A DNA stretch of 63,872 bases, the filler included, from Octopus bimaculoides (Eukaryota), in the NCBI RefSeq assembly GCF_001194135.2. It is 7 parts of 7 records of this genome, joined end to end, with 100 filler letters (N's around TTAATTAATTAA, not from the genome) between each part and the next. Parts side by side here need not be neighbours in the genome. Positions count along the whole stretch, not along the records: positions 1 to 18,605 come from NC_068996.1; 6 more parts are not named here. One strand, given 5' to 3'. A program made the translations under genes and the position numbers. This document shows positions 1 through 14,107 of this stretch, piece by piece. Numbering within the stretch: the stretch's first letter is position 1; each line of letters begins with the position of its first letter. The notes under the pieces were generated by a model, which did not search any database, had not been told where the DNA came from, and saw only the letters and a list, made by a program, of their open reading frames with translations.

Positions 1-39
<39 letters not shown>

Positions 40-459
40 ATATTTAAATGTGTGTGTGTGTGCATGTAATTATCAAGAACAAATAGCATTAATGGTGGAC
101 TATTAGCGCAGGGTGGTGGTGACTATATCGACTGATATTTTTTGCAATATTTATCATAGTGTTTTGAAGTATGATCCATTCAATGATCAGAATCAATTGT
201 TTGTACCAAAACCAAAGAAGGCAAACAAAAAAAAAATTTGTGAAAATGGCTAAATGATTAATCAAATTAATTATCCAAGCATTGTGTTGCTATATGTGTT
301 ACTTGCTCTGTTGAAACAAACAATACTCAGGGATATTCAGGGAAACATCAGCTAATTTTCAAGAAGGCCAAATTACTCATGAGCAAATTTGTAACATTAG
401 TATTGTGTAGCAGAAATTACTGGAATAGCAATCAAATTTTCACCATAACTTCATTGATT

Positions 460-672
460 TTAACCCTTTAGCATTCACATTTTGTGTCAAAGTAATGGTT
501 ATTTATTCACATTCTTTTCAATTAATCATGCATAATTTTGTAGCACTGAGATTTTGATGAGGTAACTGTTAATTTTTAGAATGACATTGTAGAGTTTGAG
601 TAAGAGGTCAGATCTGGCCAGTTTGAGCATAAAACAGGTGGACTATTTTGGCCTGATATTGCCAAACTAATG
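460..672 (+). mobile_element. piggyBac-like MITE (TTAA|CCCTTTAGCATT start), right end decayed
   Basis: TTAA+CCCT terminus; second copy at 37294-37765. Confidence 0.55.
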
Positions 673-744
673 TCCTGGAGCACATGGCTTATTGTCAGAA
701 GATATATCAGCCACCCAATAGTAAGTGCTGTAGCCATTAGGGAT

Positions 745-1220
745 ATGTGTGACAGTGACATAAGATGCTTGCTTCCCAACCATATTACTCTGGGTTCAGT
801 CCCACTGTGTGGTACCTGGGGCAAGTATCTTCTATTATAGCCCCAGGCTGATCAAAGCTTTGTGGGTGGATTTGGTAGATAGAAAATACAAAAAGCTTGT
901 TGTATATGTGTGTGTGTATGAGTGTGCGTGCATATATGTGTGAATGTTTGTGTTTGTGTGCATGTGCGCATGTGTGTGTGTGTGTGTGTGTGTGTGAATG
1001 TTACTATCTCCTTGTCTTGAGATCATGTGATAGCTGTAAGTGAGAGTCACCGTCATGCAAGCAGTGTCCTGCTTTTTACTTCCCGTCTTCAGTGAAAACT
1101 TGTCTGGTTAAGAAGAAATATTGCCTTACTTGAAAACAGTTAAGGATTAGTGACAGGAAAGGCATCCAGCTGTATAAAGTCTACCTCAACAAATTTTGTC
1201 TGGCCTATGCAAACAGGGAT
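745..1220 (+). mobile_element. SINE family A head with a different 3' half
   Basis: First ~150 bp match 43460-43610; diverges after the (TG)n tract. Confidence 0.7.
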
Positions 1221-1254
1221 TATTGTTGTTGTTGCTATTGCTGTAATTGTTAAG

Positions 1255-1470
1255 ATGGTAAACTAACAGAATCATTAGAACACAAGACAAAATATTAATG
1301 TCATTTTATCCAACATAACATTGTGAGTTCAAATTCTGCTGAGATAACCTTTCCCTTTCATCCTCTCAGGGTCGATAAAATAAGTACCAGTGAGACACTG
1401 GGGTTGATGTAATTGACATGTCTCCTCCCCCAAAATTGCTACCCTTGTGCCAGAATCTGAAGTTATTATG
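1255..1470 (+). mobile_element. SINE family B, decayed
   Basis: GAGTTCAAATTC...TTTCATCC...GGGTCGATAAAATAAGTACCAG. Confidence 0.75.
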
Positions 1471-1511
1471 TATTGTCTCCCATCCTTCGCCCTGGTGGCA
1501 AATAAATGAAA

Positions 1512-1581
<70 letters not shown>

Positions 1582-1595
1582 TATTATTATTATAC

Positions 1596-4085
1596 TTATT
1601 TATTTTAAATTTCTTCTTTCTTCCAATTTTTTTCCATTTCTCGCCGAGTGTTTTCCGTACACCTAGGGCAGAGAAACTCATTGTATGCATTCCCAGTTTA
1701 CACACGCAAATTCACAGGTANNNNNNNNNNNNNNNNNNNNNNNNNNNNNNNNNNNNNNNNNNNNNNNNNNNNNNNNNNNNNNNNNNNNNNNNNNNNNNNN
1801 NNNNNNNNNNNNNNNNNNNNNNNNNNNNNNNNNNNNNNNNNNNNNNNNNNNNNNNNNNNNNNNNNNNNNNNNNNNNNNNNNNNNNNNNNNNNNNNNNNNN
1901 NNNNNNNNNNNNNNNNNNNNNNNNNNNNNNNNNNNNNNNNNNNNNNTGGTATGGTAGTCGTCTTGAGGTGCCACATTTTTTCAATCTCTATTAGCAAGTC
2001 TTTATATTTACTGATCTTGTCAAATTCTTTCGCTGCTATATTATGGTCAGAGGGAATACTCATGTCAATTAATAAACACGTCTTCTTTGTCTGATCTTTT
2101 ATTATAATATCTGGTTTATTAGCTTTTATAGCCTTGTCAGTATGTACGGGGAAGTCCCAGAGAATCGATACATTTTTTCCCTCAGTCACAGCTTCAGGAT
2201 GGTGTTTATACCATTTGTCAGCGGTTTTGATTTTATAATGCCGACATATTGTCCAGTGTAAAATACTGGCCGACTCTGTTACAGGAGAAATTTTCAAAAT
2301 GTCCAGCGATTTCAGAATCCACGAATGTGGTATGCTGTCAAAGGCCTTTTTATAATCAATCCATGCAGAACTGAGATTTCTGCGCTTGTTATGGCAGTTC
2401 TCAAGGTTCATGCGATTAATTAAGAGCTGATCTTTGCATCCGTATGAGCCTCGTCTGCGTCCTTTCTGTTCAGTGGGAAAGAGGCTATTCTCTTCCATAA
2501 ACGTATGTGTTTCCTCCACTAGAATAGATGTCCAAATCTTATAGGTAGTAGACAAACATGTTATAGGCCGGTAGTTTTTTGGGTCTTTGGTTTCGTTATT
2601 TTTCGGGAGGAGGTAAGTAAAACCATTTGCTATCCAATGGGGAGTTCTTTCTGGGTCTTTCATAATACTATTAAATAGTATTACTAACATTTTGTGTGCG
2701 GACGAGAGTGATGAGAGCCAGAAATTTGGTACTCTATCAGTACCAGGGGATTTCCACTTATGAGCCTTCGTTAGTGCCCTCCTTAGGTCGGCGATTGAGA
2801 TGTCTTCCCATACCTGTTCTTGTAGATTTTTGTAGGCATCTTGGGTGCGTTTGATCCNNNNNNNNNNNNNNNNNNNNNNNNNNNNNNNNNNNNNNNNNNN
2901 NNNNNNNNNNNNNNNNNNNNNNNNNNNNNNNNNNNNNNNNNNNNNNNNNNNNNNNNNNNNNNNNNNNNNNNNNNNNNNNNNNNNNNNNNNNNNNNNNNNN
3001 NNNNNNNNNNNNNNNNNNNNNNNNNNNNNNNNNNNNNNNNNNNNNNNNNNNNNNNNNNNNNNNNNNNNNNNNNNNNNNNNNNNNNNNNNNNNNNNNNNNN
3101 NNNNNNNNNNNNNNNNNNNNNNNNNNNNNNNNNNNNNNNNNNNNNNNNNNNNNNNNNNNNNNNNNNNNNNNNNNNNNNNNNNNNNNNNNNNNNNNNNNNN
3201 NNATTTTTATTTGCGTTTTATGCTGGTGTGCATTTGGTAGTTTATGGAGTGGTTCCCTATCATTCATATTTGTATGCCCTACAACTGCAAGCTCATTTAG
3301 AACTTCCTGCTTCATTTCAGTGATAGATTTTCTGTGTTGTTCAGCAAATATGTGGTCTTCAAATTCTGTTTCGACATCATTTTCCTGGCTGTTTTCCCTA
3401 GGGTCATTATATTCTCCTTTTTCTTCAGGCTCTTGAGTGGTTTCGGCAGATGGTCACCTTTCAGTCAATGCTTGTGGTTCAACGTTCCTCTACTCTGCTT
3501 CATTATTTCTTTTCTGACTTATATTTAGGTCATTCTCTACCGCTCTTTTAATAGAGGTTAATTCTGCATCTGTGAGTCTGGTATTTCTGAGGATATCTCT
3601 TCTAACATNNNNNNNNNNCTGTGAGTCTGGTATTTCTGAGGATATCTCTTCTAACATTTACTAATCTGTTTTCATCCAGGTTTGGTCTGCTAGCTGGATT
3701 CCGGCTCCTCCAAATTCTGTAGGACTTTGCGGTGTTATGTATGTTTCTCTTGGGTTGGCCTACTTAATGCAAAGTAATAAGCGTATATTACTTCTTTATT
3801 TTCTTCCTGGTTCCATTTAGTTCTTTTACGTTTTTGATCTTCTGGTCGTTGTGGTGGTGAACTTTCGGGGGCATAATTTGAGACAAATCCCGTCTAAGTG
3901 ACCTTCCAGGTTCGTATTCGGGGCAGATATTCTGCCATTTGAAACTTTTTCGCCGTCAGGCAAACAGCCTCCTGACTGGCGCGCTTCCAGAATAACCATT
4001 GGACAAGCGATTCGGTGTACTGTTTGAAATTTTCTTTTCTTTTTAAGTAAAGTTAAATTATTAAATTTTCAATTTTTTTAAATAT
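1596..4085 (-). mobile_element. Dong/R4-clade non-LTR retrotransposon with both ends present but internally deleted, between (TAA)n arrays
   Basis: RT motifs NYRPITCL and WIDYKKAFDS; RLE region KWYKH...LWDF...KPDIII...IDMSIP; N-terminal KWNQEENKEVIYAYY; (TAA)n on both sides. Confidence 0.9.
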
Positions 4086-4114
4086 TTATTTATTTATTTT
4101 ATTTTATTTATTTA

Positions 4115-4168
<54 letters not shown>

Positions 4169-4466
4169 ATGAACAAAATGTTTAGTCTTAGTTGGAATTT
4201 CACCAAATAAAGTAACAATAAATATTAGTCAAGGGAGTGCTTTTCACCAAGCTTATTCTATTGTTTTCTAGCAAACATNNNNNNNNNNNNNNNNNNNNNN
4301 NNNNNNNNNNNNNNNNNNNNNNNNNNNNNNNNNNNNNNNNNNNNNNNNNNNNNNNNNNNNNNNNNNNNNNNNNNNNNNNNNNNNNNNNNNNNNNNNNNNN
4401 NNNNNNNNNNNNNNNNNNNNNNNNNNNNNNNNNNNNNNNNNNNNNNNNNNNNNNNNNNNNNNNNNN

Positions 4467-4513
<47 letters not shown>

Positions 4514-4554
4514 TACATATATTGCCAATCCAACTGAAATAGTATGGAAGGCAC

Positions 4555-4660
4555 ACAAAAAATGTTGATGAATTTAAATATTTGGGAAGAGCAATAATAG
4601 ATGTAAGTATGAAGTAAAATGTCATTTTGCAGAAGATTCGATGGTGTTTGCAAAATTAGA
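4555..4660 (+). mobile_element. Very old LINE RT relic
   Basis: KNVDEFKYLG resembles the RT domain-7 motif ExVxxFxYLG. Confidence 0.35.
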
Positions 4661-6346
4661 TTCCTTTTGAGAAAATAATAAAAGATTACCATCACAATGA
4701 ATTTTTTTTAATTGTAATACAAGCTTCAGCACCACTCCTTGGGTTTAGATTATGGATGTCAAAAGCTGAAAGTGAGAAAAAGATGAATTTTGAAATAAAA
4801 TGTTAAAAGATTTTTTTTGTCTTCTATATTGTGAAAGTGTTAGGAAAGAAATTGACAGAGAAGATTGAAACTGTGAAACACTTCTGTTGCTTGTTAACAG
4901 GCAGGAAATGGAAAGTTTTGGTAATGTGATATGTCCCAGAATGACTAATATAACCCTCTGTGAAAAGGTCTAAGATAGAAAAGAGGATGGTTGAACAATA
5001 TGAAGAAATGGACAAGGAAAAAGGCTGTGAAAAATATATTTAGGTAAAGTGAAGGATGATGGAAGGAAAAGGTTGCATCTCTTGGCATACACCTACACAG
5101 CATCCTTGGACTACAAATTTTGTTAACACATGCACCACACACACACACACTCTGAGGAGCAATCAATAAACCATGAAACTGCTGGTTAGGAAACTCCCTG
5201 TCTCTATTTGCCATTCACTGAAAGCCTAGGAATATTGGGTTTACATTATCCTTTCATCCCCAGCGAGATAATGTATTGCTTAAATTTATTTTCATTTCCT
5301 TTTTCTAATCTAAGCTGCAGTGCGCATAAAATAGCTTTTGTTTAAAAATACAAGCTATCAAAAGCACAAACATGTGTTTGTGTGAGTGTGTGTATGTGTG
5401 AGTGTGTACATGTACATGTATGACTGCCTGATGAAACATGTGAACTGATCTTGATGTGTTTACACTGATTATAAGCAAGTCTTTGAATTTGTACAAATTG
5501 TCATTTATTCGCAGTCCATTGCAATGCCATATATCAGTTTCTTGATATGCAATGATACGTATGCAGTTACTGCCAGTAGAAACTTCACTATTCGTACAGT
5601 GTGCTAAAGTGAGGGATTATTAACTTACATAGGAACAGGTGATGGTTGCTTTCAGGATGAACATCACACCATAGAAAATTCTTCCCCAATGAAATCTCAT
5701 CTGACATAAGGAAATATGGGAAGGCATACATTAGAACAGTGATGATACTAATGATAGTGATAATGATACTTGCAGGCAGAATATAAAATAAAACACACAT
5801 ACAGAGACATTCACACACATGCACACACTCACACAGACAGACACACACACATGCACATGCACATACACACATGCACACACATATATACATTTACATACAT
5901 GTGTTTGTGTATGTGTGTGTGTTTATACATATGTATACATGTATATATATGTATATATATATTTATATATATACACACACACACACACNNNNNNNNNNNN
6001 NNNNNNNNNNNNNNNNNNNNNNNNNNNNNNNNNNNNNNNNNNNNNNNNNNNNNNNNNNNNNNNNNNNNNNNNNNNNNNNNNNNNNNNNNNNNNNNNNNNN
6101 NNNNNNNNNNNNNNNNNNNNNNNNNNNNNNNNNNNNNNNNNNNNNNNNNNNNNNNNNNNNNNNNNNNNNNNNNNNNNNNNNNNNNNNNNNNNNNNNNNNN
6201 NNNNNNNNNNNNNNNNNNNNNNNNNNNNNNNNNNNNNNNNNNNNNNNNNNNNNNNNNNNNNNNNNNNNNNNNNNNNNNNNNNNNNNNNNNNNNNNNNNNN
6301 NNNNNNNNNNNNNNNNNNNNNNNNNNNNNTATATATATATATATAC

Positions 6347-6400
<54 letters not shown>

Positions 6401-6922
6401 ATGCATACATACATACATATATATAAACATATATATATATATACATATATATATACACATACGTACATACATACATTATTTGCATACATACATACCCTTT
6501 TATAGTGGGCTGTGTAATATGGAAGTATGTTTCTAAAGTACTAGACTAGTGTTTGTTTAATATCATATTATTTCATAAAAGAGCTCACAGTGTTAGTATA
6601 CAGCCAGTGGTTAGAAGCAAGATTAGTTCAGATGTCTTGTAGAGTTTTCTTTGAATCAGGATACTATAAGGAAAACAACAAATATACCATTTTATATTGA
6701 ATGTATTGAAAACTAACACTAAGTTATTAAATGTTATATACATATATATCTATGTATAAATGTAGGTATGTATGTATGTATGTATGTATGTATGCATCAA
6801 TGTACATATATATAAATACATATATACATATATATCTGTAAATACTTACAGATAAATTCTTCTATTTACATAATATCGAGGTTTCTTTCTTTCTCTTGTT
6901 GTCTTACTTTTCCTATCAATAC

Positions 6923-6973
<51 letters not shown>

Positions 6974-7553
6974 NNNNNNNNNNNNNNNNNNNNNNNNNNN
7001 NNNNNNNNNNNNNNNNNNNNNNNNNNNNNNNNNNNNNNNNNNNNNNNNNNNNNNNNNNNNNNNNNNNNNNNNNNNNNNNNNNNNNNNNNNNNNNNNNNNN
7101 NNNNNNNNNNNNNNNNNNNNNNNNNNNNNNNNNNNNNNNNNNNNNNNNNNNNNNNNNNNNNNNNNNNNNNNNNNNNNNNNNNNNNNNNNNNNNNNNNNNN
7201 NNNNNNNNNNNNNNNNNNNNNNNNNNNNNNNNNNNNNNNNNNNNNNNNNNNNNNNNNNNNNNNNNNNNNNNNNNNNNNNNNNNNNNNNNNNNNNNNNNNN
7301 NNNNNNNNNNNNNNNNNNNNNNNNNNNNNNNNNNNNNNNNNNNNNNNNNNNNNNNNNNNNNNNNNNNNNNNNNNNNNNNNNNNNNNNNNNNNNNNNNNNN
7401 NNNNNNNNNNNNNNNNNNNNNNNNNNNNNNNNNNNNNNNNNNNNNNNNNNNNNNNNNNNNNNNNNNNNNNNNNNNNNNNNNNNNNNNNNNNNNNNNNNNN
7501 NNNNNNNNNNNNNNNNNNNNNNNNNNNNNNNNNNNNNNNNNNNNNNNNNNNNN

Positions 7554-7593
<40 letters not shown>

Positions 7594-7627
7594 ATATATC
7601 TATTTATTATACATATGTATGTATGTT

Positions 7628-8030
7628 GTCATCATCATCATCATCATCATTTAACATGCACTCTCCATCCTGGCATAGGTTAGACAGTTTTATTAGAGCT
7701 GATGAGCTGGTGGAGCTGCACGAGGTTCCAATCTGATTTGGCAGAGTTTCTACAGCTGGGTGCCCTTCCTTATGCCAACCATTGCAAGAGTGTAATGGGT
7801 GCTTTTTACATGCCACCAGCATGGGTGCCATTGATATGACAGTGGCAACAACCGCAACTATGATTCATGTGTGCCATGTAGATGGCACTGGCAGTGACCA
7901 TGACTACAATTCATGGGTACCATTTGCATGGTACTGCAATGACCACAGTGATTCATAAGTGTCATTTACATGGCACCAGCAATGACCACAACTATGATGC
8001 ACAGATGCCATTTACATGGCACCGGTACAG
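7628..8030 (-). mobile_element. RTE-like 3' tail repeat ((GAT)n tail) with an internal ~45-bp minisatellite
   Basis: CAATCTGATTTGGCAGAGTTTCTACAGCTGG shared with 36230-36265. Confidence 0.75.
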
Positions 8031-9159
8031 CCACAAACACACACACACGCATATATATGTAAATAGAGTTAGCGACTATAGTAACTGAATAAGGGATAAA
8101 AATATCTGTATATACTCTTGGAATCCGTTTCCTGTATTATCCCCGGGTATTGGTGTGCCGGCACACCATGCATGTAGAGTGCAGATAACAACAGAATAAA
8201 CAAGAGTTTATCAGGAACCAACACAAATAATTAGAAAATGAAGAAAACTTCAGATTAACAAACACATCGACTGGACCCCATTTATAGCTTATTTTTACTA
8301 CAAAGCATGACATAACAAAATAGATGATGTAGCATATCTTACGGCCGTTACTGATTGGATTGCCAAAATGCAGTCTATATATAAATGCGAGAATAAAATT
8401 CTTCATCTTCATAGGGCATACGAATTAAGGTAATGGATATTCATCAGTGTGAAAAACAAGAACATATAATATAAACAAAAGGAAGCCATGTTTCTTTCCT
8501 TTTCCTTCTTCCTTTTGTTTATATTATATGCTCTTGAATGACCAAATTCAAACTTCTCTGCTAATTTCTCAAGAGTTACGATGGGATTTTGTTCTGACAA
8601 GGTTTGTTGAGCTCTGCAAATCTTTCAGGAAGAGGCTTGTCTTCTAAGCTTTAGTTTCTGGTTCAGAATTTCTGGAACCACCGTTGATGCTTATTGTCTG
8701 ACCCTCATATACTGCATTAATATTCCTTGCACTTTCCATTGCATTGTTGCCTTTATTGAACTCATAAAGCAAAATATGCCAAATATGCTCCTTTGTCACT
8801 GCCATTATATCTTTGAAAGAATAACGGTCAAAATGGAACTATACTCTTCAAAACTTGCACTAAGAATAAGGACAAGGTAAAATTACTACCTACTTTTATA
8901 GCAAGTTGATGCAGGTAGTTTATCCTGCCCCCNNNNNNNNNNNNNNNNNNNNNNNNNNNNNNNNNNNNNNNNNNNNNNNNNNNNNNNNNNNNNNNNNNNN
9001 NNATATATATATATATATATATATATTTGTATATGTATACATGCATACATACATAATATATATATATATATATATATATGTGTATATCTATCTATGTATC
9101 TATTTACACATATTACACACACACTTACACACACACACATGAATACATGAATATGTGTA

Positions 9160-9217
<58 letters not shown>

Positions 9218-9789
9218 TGTATGTATGTACTAGAAATTTACAGAAATCAAATGACAGTGACAGATGTATAAACAACATGCTGAAGTTGAATGATCAACTT
9301 GGGCAGAGCTGTAGTCTATACAGGTGGCACAGATTGTATACCCTGCCTTGTTTAGGCAGCCAGGCCATATTTGGAGTCTCAGTTGTTAGTAGACTGAACT
9401 TCATTCACAGGGCATACCTATCTCTCAATCACACTACAACTCATTATCAGTTGTCCTTCATTATTATTTATCTTTCTACCACTCATTCTTTTATCACTCA
9501 TCCGCTCTTCTATTTATTAAACCATGCTGCTGTTATTATTTAGGAAAGCCATTCCTATATATGTTACTAGACACGTCTCTGACATTCATCTTCTTTCAGT
9601 CTTTAGTTCTGTATTTTGTTTTTTGCCTATCATTAAGTCTTTATATAAAGGGATGGCATCATATTTGCTTGTACCATATACACTCTGTCATTATTTTTTC
9701 TCTATTTCATGTCGTTTCTCTTTCACTCATGAGCCATTTGTTATTAATATCATTCTCACAATTTATCCACTTTTTTTGTGTCTATGGTG

Positions 9790-10020
9790 AAGGCAGGCGG
9801 CCTAGTGGTTAGGGTGTTGTACTCACAACCACGAAACCATTGTTTCAATCCCCAGACTGGGCAGTACATTGTGTTCTTGAACTAAAACACTTCATTTCAC
9901 ATTACTCCATTCCTCTCAGCCATACATGTGACAAACTGGCATCTCGTTCAGGGGGATATGTTGTTACCTCAATCACTGATACATCATAGACACCAGGTAA
10001 CTGACTCTATGAGTCCAAGG
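9790..10020 (+). mobile_element. Decayed tRNA-derived SINE, fourth family; relative at ~36420-36600
   Basis: GGCCTAGTGGTTAGGGTG A-box head and TTTCAATCCC B-box-like motif. Confidence 0.55.
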
Positions 10021-10747
10021 ACTCAAGACAGTAATGTCCAGTCTAATATCCATACCTCTGTCTTCTCCTCTATCACCCTCTCACACTAATCATTTTAGTT
10101 CTACTATTACATACTTTCTCCCTTCACCCACCCAAATGGCTCTTCTGTTATCACTCTTTTATCCACTTCCTATGTCACCTACTCCCGAGTGATCAAGAGA
10201 CACAGAGTAGTGAGTGAGGTTCTTTAATCTTAAGGAGTACTGCACAATGCAATATGCATTAGTACCACAATGAAATGCATCACACGCATTGTAAAGTGGT
10301 TGGTGAATGAGTGAAAAAACATGAAACTGAGAGTTACTTTAATCTTGTCGAGAGCATGATGATCTTTCAAGCTCTTAGTGGGTATAAGGCAACTCTATTT
10401 TTGTCAGTATCACAATAATGCCCTGAATGATCTTTGTGAAGGGATTAGTGAATGGTTGTAGAAAGCATGAAGCTGAAAGATCCACTCATTTTGATGAGGA
10501 AATGATGATTTAAGTACTGGTGCCTTAATAAAGTGGTTGATGATCGCAAGTACATTTAGCTATAAAACATAAGTAAAAAAAATGCGATATACAGAGACGT
10601 GGAACACAAACCTATCTAGGAGGTGAATAAGAACTGACTTAGATATTGACAAACCACTGAATTCATGCCAGCATGGGAAGCAGGCATATACAAATGATGA
10701 TGATGATGATGATGATGATGATAAAGACAACGACGACGATGATGATA

Positions 10748-10923
10748 AGTAATTGGTGCACTTCACACAACACTCAAAATGCAGCCGAAAAGATTGAAAG
10801 AAACTGGAATTGAAAGTTACATTGTCGACTTGCAGAAAAGTACCAGCCTATATGCGGCAAGAATCTTAAGGAAGATCCTTAAGTCTTGAGGAGACTTGTT
10901 ATCAAACTTTAAAATAAAATACC
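10748..10923 (+). mobile_element. 5'-truncated 3' end of the same Dong/R4 family
   Basis: Aligns with 13872-14050 (GTAATTGGTG...GCAGAAAAGTACCAGCCTA...). Confidence 0.75.
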
Positions 10924-11349
10924 TATTAAGAAAATTTGCAGGCATTAGCATAGGGCAGCGAGAACTTTATGATTGGCACTGGGTATTAAGTATTTTCCAC
11001 GATACTTAACATCTAAGTACCAAGTCTTACAATTCGTGGTAAGAGAGATGCTGTGAGATGTTGGAAAATAGGATGCTGTCCGCTCTCACAAAATTAACCA
11101 GAGCAAGTAGGATTGAGAGTTTTGAAAAGTAAAATTTAATAATAGTGCTAATACCGACAGCCCCACAGAGCCTGTTCTGTGAGGAAGGTGTTTCTCTTAC
11201 TATTTGGTCACCACGCAAGAGGAAAAACAAGACCTATTTAAGAGGGGTTGAACACTGAGGAGTCAACGGCTATCCAAATAGTATTTCTGTATTAGTACAG
11301 CCGATGGAGCCATTACCTCTGAGGACAGTAGTGTTAATAATAATAATAA

Positions 11350-14075
11350 ATATCCTGAGAACAAAAACAGCAGAATACGTCTTCATGGATATAAATCTAC
11401 CAGAGAAGGAAGAGAGGCTCCTTTAGCCATCGCTAGCAAGCCCCTAGAGATGGTGTCTCGATAAAAATACTGGTGGTTGTGACACCTTAAGAACACAACC
11501 CTTTTTAATGAGTGTAATGCCAAAGAAACACCATCACAACTGTATTTATAAGATTCGAAGAACGAATGAAGATATTTCGCAACGCAAGTGTCCCAGGTTG
11601 TGATCCAAATACTGCCACAAAAATTAGGAGAAAATAGACTCAAGACCACAATACAATTGTAATGGAATGTTATTACAGAAGCGAGCCTTCCAAAATTGGA
11701 TACCGGAAAAGAACGCTTAAAATTTGTACCGAAAAAAGAAAAAAACATGTTCCCTACCATCGAGTAAACACTTCTAAATCATAAGATTTAATCGTGATAA
11801 GGTAGTGAAGGAAGAAGGTTACCGGCTTCGAGAAGAATCGAAAAAGGAAAACTACATAAAGCAGTGAAAAAGATGGATCAATTATTAACGAAAATCTACA
11901 TCGTAAACGTAAAAGATCTAAGCGACTTTATATACTGCGCAGCCTATGTTGCTGCGCAAACTCTTGGGGTTAAAAGTAGAAGAGCAGAGAACAAAGCTTT
12001 ATGGTGGGAAAGATGGCTTAAGAATCAACTTGAAAAACTCAAAAGAGACTTTGGACGGATGCGTTGCAATCATAGAAATGAAGAGGGTGAAGGAAAGACG
12101 CAGGAACGAACTGCAACGGAAATACACCACAAAACACAAAGGACTGCAAAGTAGTTAAAGAAGAACCAAAACAGAGCCGAAGCAGCGTCGGTTAAAAAAA
12201 AAAAAAAAAAGATGCTAACAGAAAACAAATCAGTATCAACAGAATAGACTTTTCAAGGTAACGAAAGAAAATTCTATAAACAGAGAAAAAGAGTATCAGG
12301 AAAATGTTATACCAGATGCTGAAGCAACAAGAAAATTCTGGGCAGAAATCTGGAATAACATAAAAGCAGACTGGTTGTAGGAATTTAAAAGAGAAATGGA
12401 AGATGAAGCGACACAAGAATATATTACAATTACGGTAAAGAAATTAAAAGAGAGGGTAAGTCGGCAATAATAGACATATTACTTGTTTATCATTACTCAG
12501 GAAAATATTAACTGGCCTCATAACACATGAAGTATATAATTCTCTGGTAGAAGAGAGTCCATTGCCAGGGGAAGAAATTAAAGGCAACTGGTGATATGCT
12601 ATGCATAGATAGTAGAATATTAAATGAGATACAATTAAGAAAGTAAATTTTAGCTGTTGGATGGATAGATTATAGGATGACCTACGACAATGTTCCACAC
12701 AGGACGTTCGGAGTCGATGAGAAGATAAACAACTTTTGGAGAAAGCAATGTGAATGTGGCAAGCAGAACTGACATGTGCAAATGAATCGTTGACAAGTGA
12801 AAATACGGAGCGAAATTTTTCAGCTCTTTCTATTACTCTCCGTCATTGTGCTAATCCTTCTGACAAGTGTACTGAGAAAATCCAGGCCTATGGGTTTACA
12901 AATTCAAGGTGAAAATAAATCACCTACTTTATATGATTGACATCAAGCTGTATACAAAAAAAAAAAAAAGAGTAAAACCTAGGCTCTTTGATCTAAACCA
13001 TGAGTGTATTTAGTTATTCAGTAAAGATATTGAAATGCAGTTTGCGATAAAATTAAGCACACAGTATTAATTATGAAGAGAGGTCGGAACGCACTCCACC
13101 CTAAAAGCAATACCGACCGATTCTACCTATTAAGGAAGGCAAGTGGGAGAGGGTTACTGAACGCAGAAGACACTGTTAATACTGCGATACTGAGTCTGAA
13201 AAATTATGTGAATAGTAAAGAAAGAATAATATCGGCAGTCAGAGATACTCAAAAAGTTACTGAAACAGTAAAAGCGGAACAGAACATGCAAATAGCAAGA
13301 AATGGAACTGCATGGTCAATTTATGCAACAAACTGAAAATGTTGGAAGATCGGTGGATCTGGTGGACGGATGAGAACTTGAAACGAGAGGCAGAAACGCT
13401 AATAACAGCCACTCAAGAACAAGCCATTCGAAAATATCTGATAAAGGCAAAGATCGACAAAACTCAATCAGACGACAAACGCTGAATCTACAGGAAAGGA
13501 GACGAATGTATCAATCACATTTTGAGTGGGTGCAGAATACAAGCGAAGTGCCGACATGACATTGTAGGGAAAGAATGCATTGGGATGTTAGCCGAGTATG
13601 TGGCTTCAAAGCAACAGAAAAATGGTATGAACACAAACCAGAGGCTTTAATAGAATTACGAGATCTTGAGGGATATTCCCATAAAGACTGATCATGCTAT
13701 TGAATCAAGCAGACTAGATACGATCATACAGGAGAAAATAGTGTAAGATAATAGATTCTGAAATTCCCTATGATAGCAGAGTCGGTACCAAAGAAATTGA
13801 AAAAATATTAAGAAACAATGATCTAGCAGACGAGCTGAAGAGACTGTAGAAGACCAACACAATTATTCCTGTGGTAATTGGTGAGGTTGGCACAACAACC
13901 AAAATTTTATCCAAAAGACTGGAAGAGGTTGGAATTGAAAGTCGCATTGTCGATAGCAGAAAAGTACCAGCCTACATTCTGTAAGAAACCTAAGAAAGAT
14001 TCTTCAGATTTGAGGAAACCTGTTGTCACCAAACCTCAAGATAAAATACCTGCCAAATAAACATCCTCTCCCACA
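11350..14075 (+). mobile_element. Degraded near-full-length Dong/R4 element
   Basis: HPKSNTDRFYLLRKASGRGL, decayed YMDD (YMID at ~12930), AxQEQAIR and KWYEHKP; TAA repeats at both ends; many stops and frameshifts. Confidence 0.85.
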
Positions 14076-14107
14076 ATAATAATAATAATAATAATAATAA
14101 TAATTTT

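Noticed and set aside
3570-3657. 39-bp direct repeat around a 10-N gap (similar cases at 62888-62995 and 63127-63234)
   Set aside because: Overlapping contig ends, an assembly artefact
4945-5214. ORF with CVCGACVNKICSPRMLCRC
   Set aside because: Cys partly from a (TG)n tract; not phase-compatible with the 5629-5700 candidate exon
8090-8760. Possible Tc1-like transposase relic (SEQNPIVTLEKLAEKFEFGHS)
   Set aside because: No catalytic motif or TIR pair found; too weak to call
11027-11330. Possible 3' end of another LINE on the minus strand
   Set aside because: Too degraded to classify
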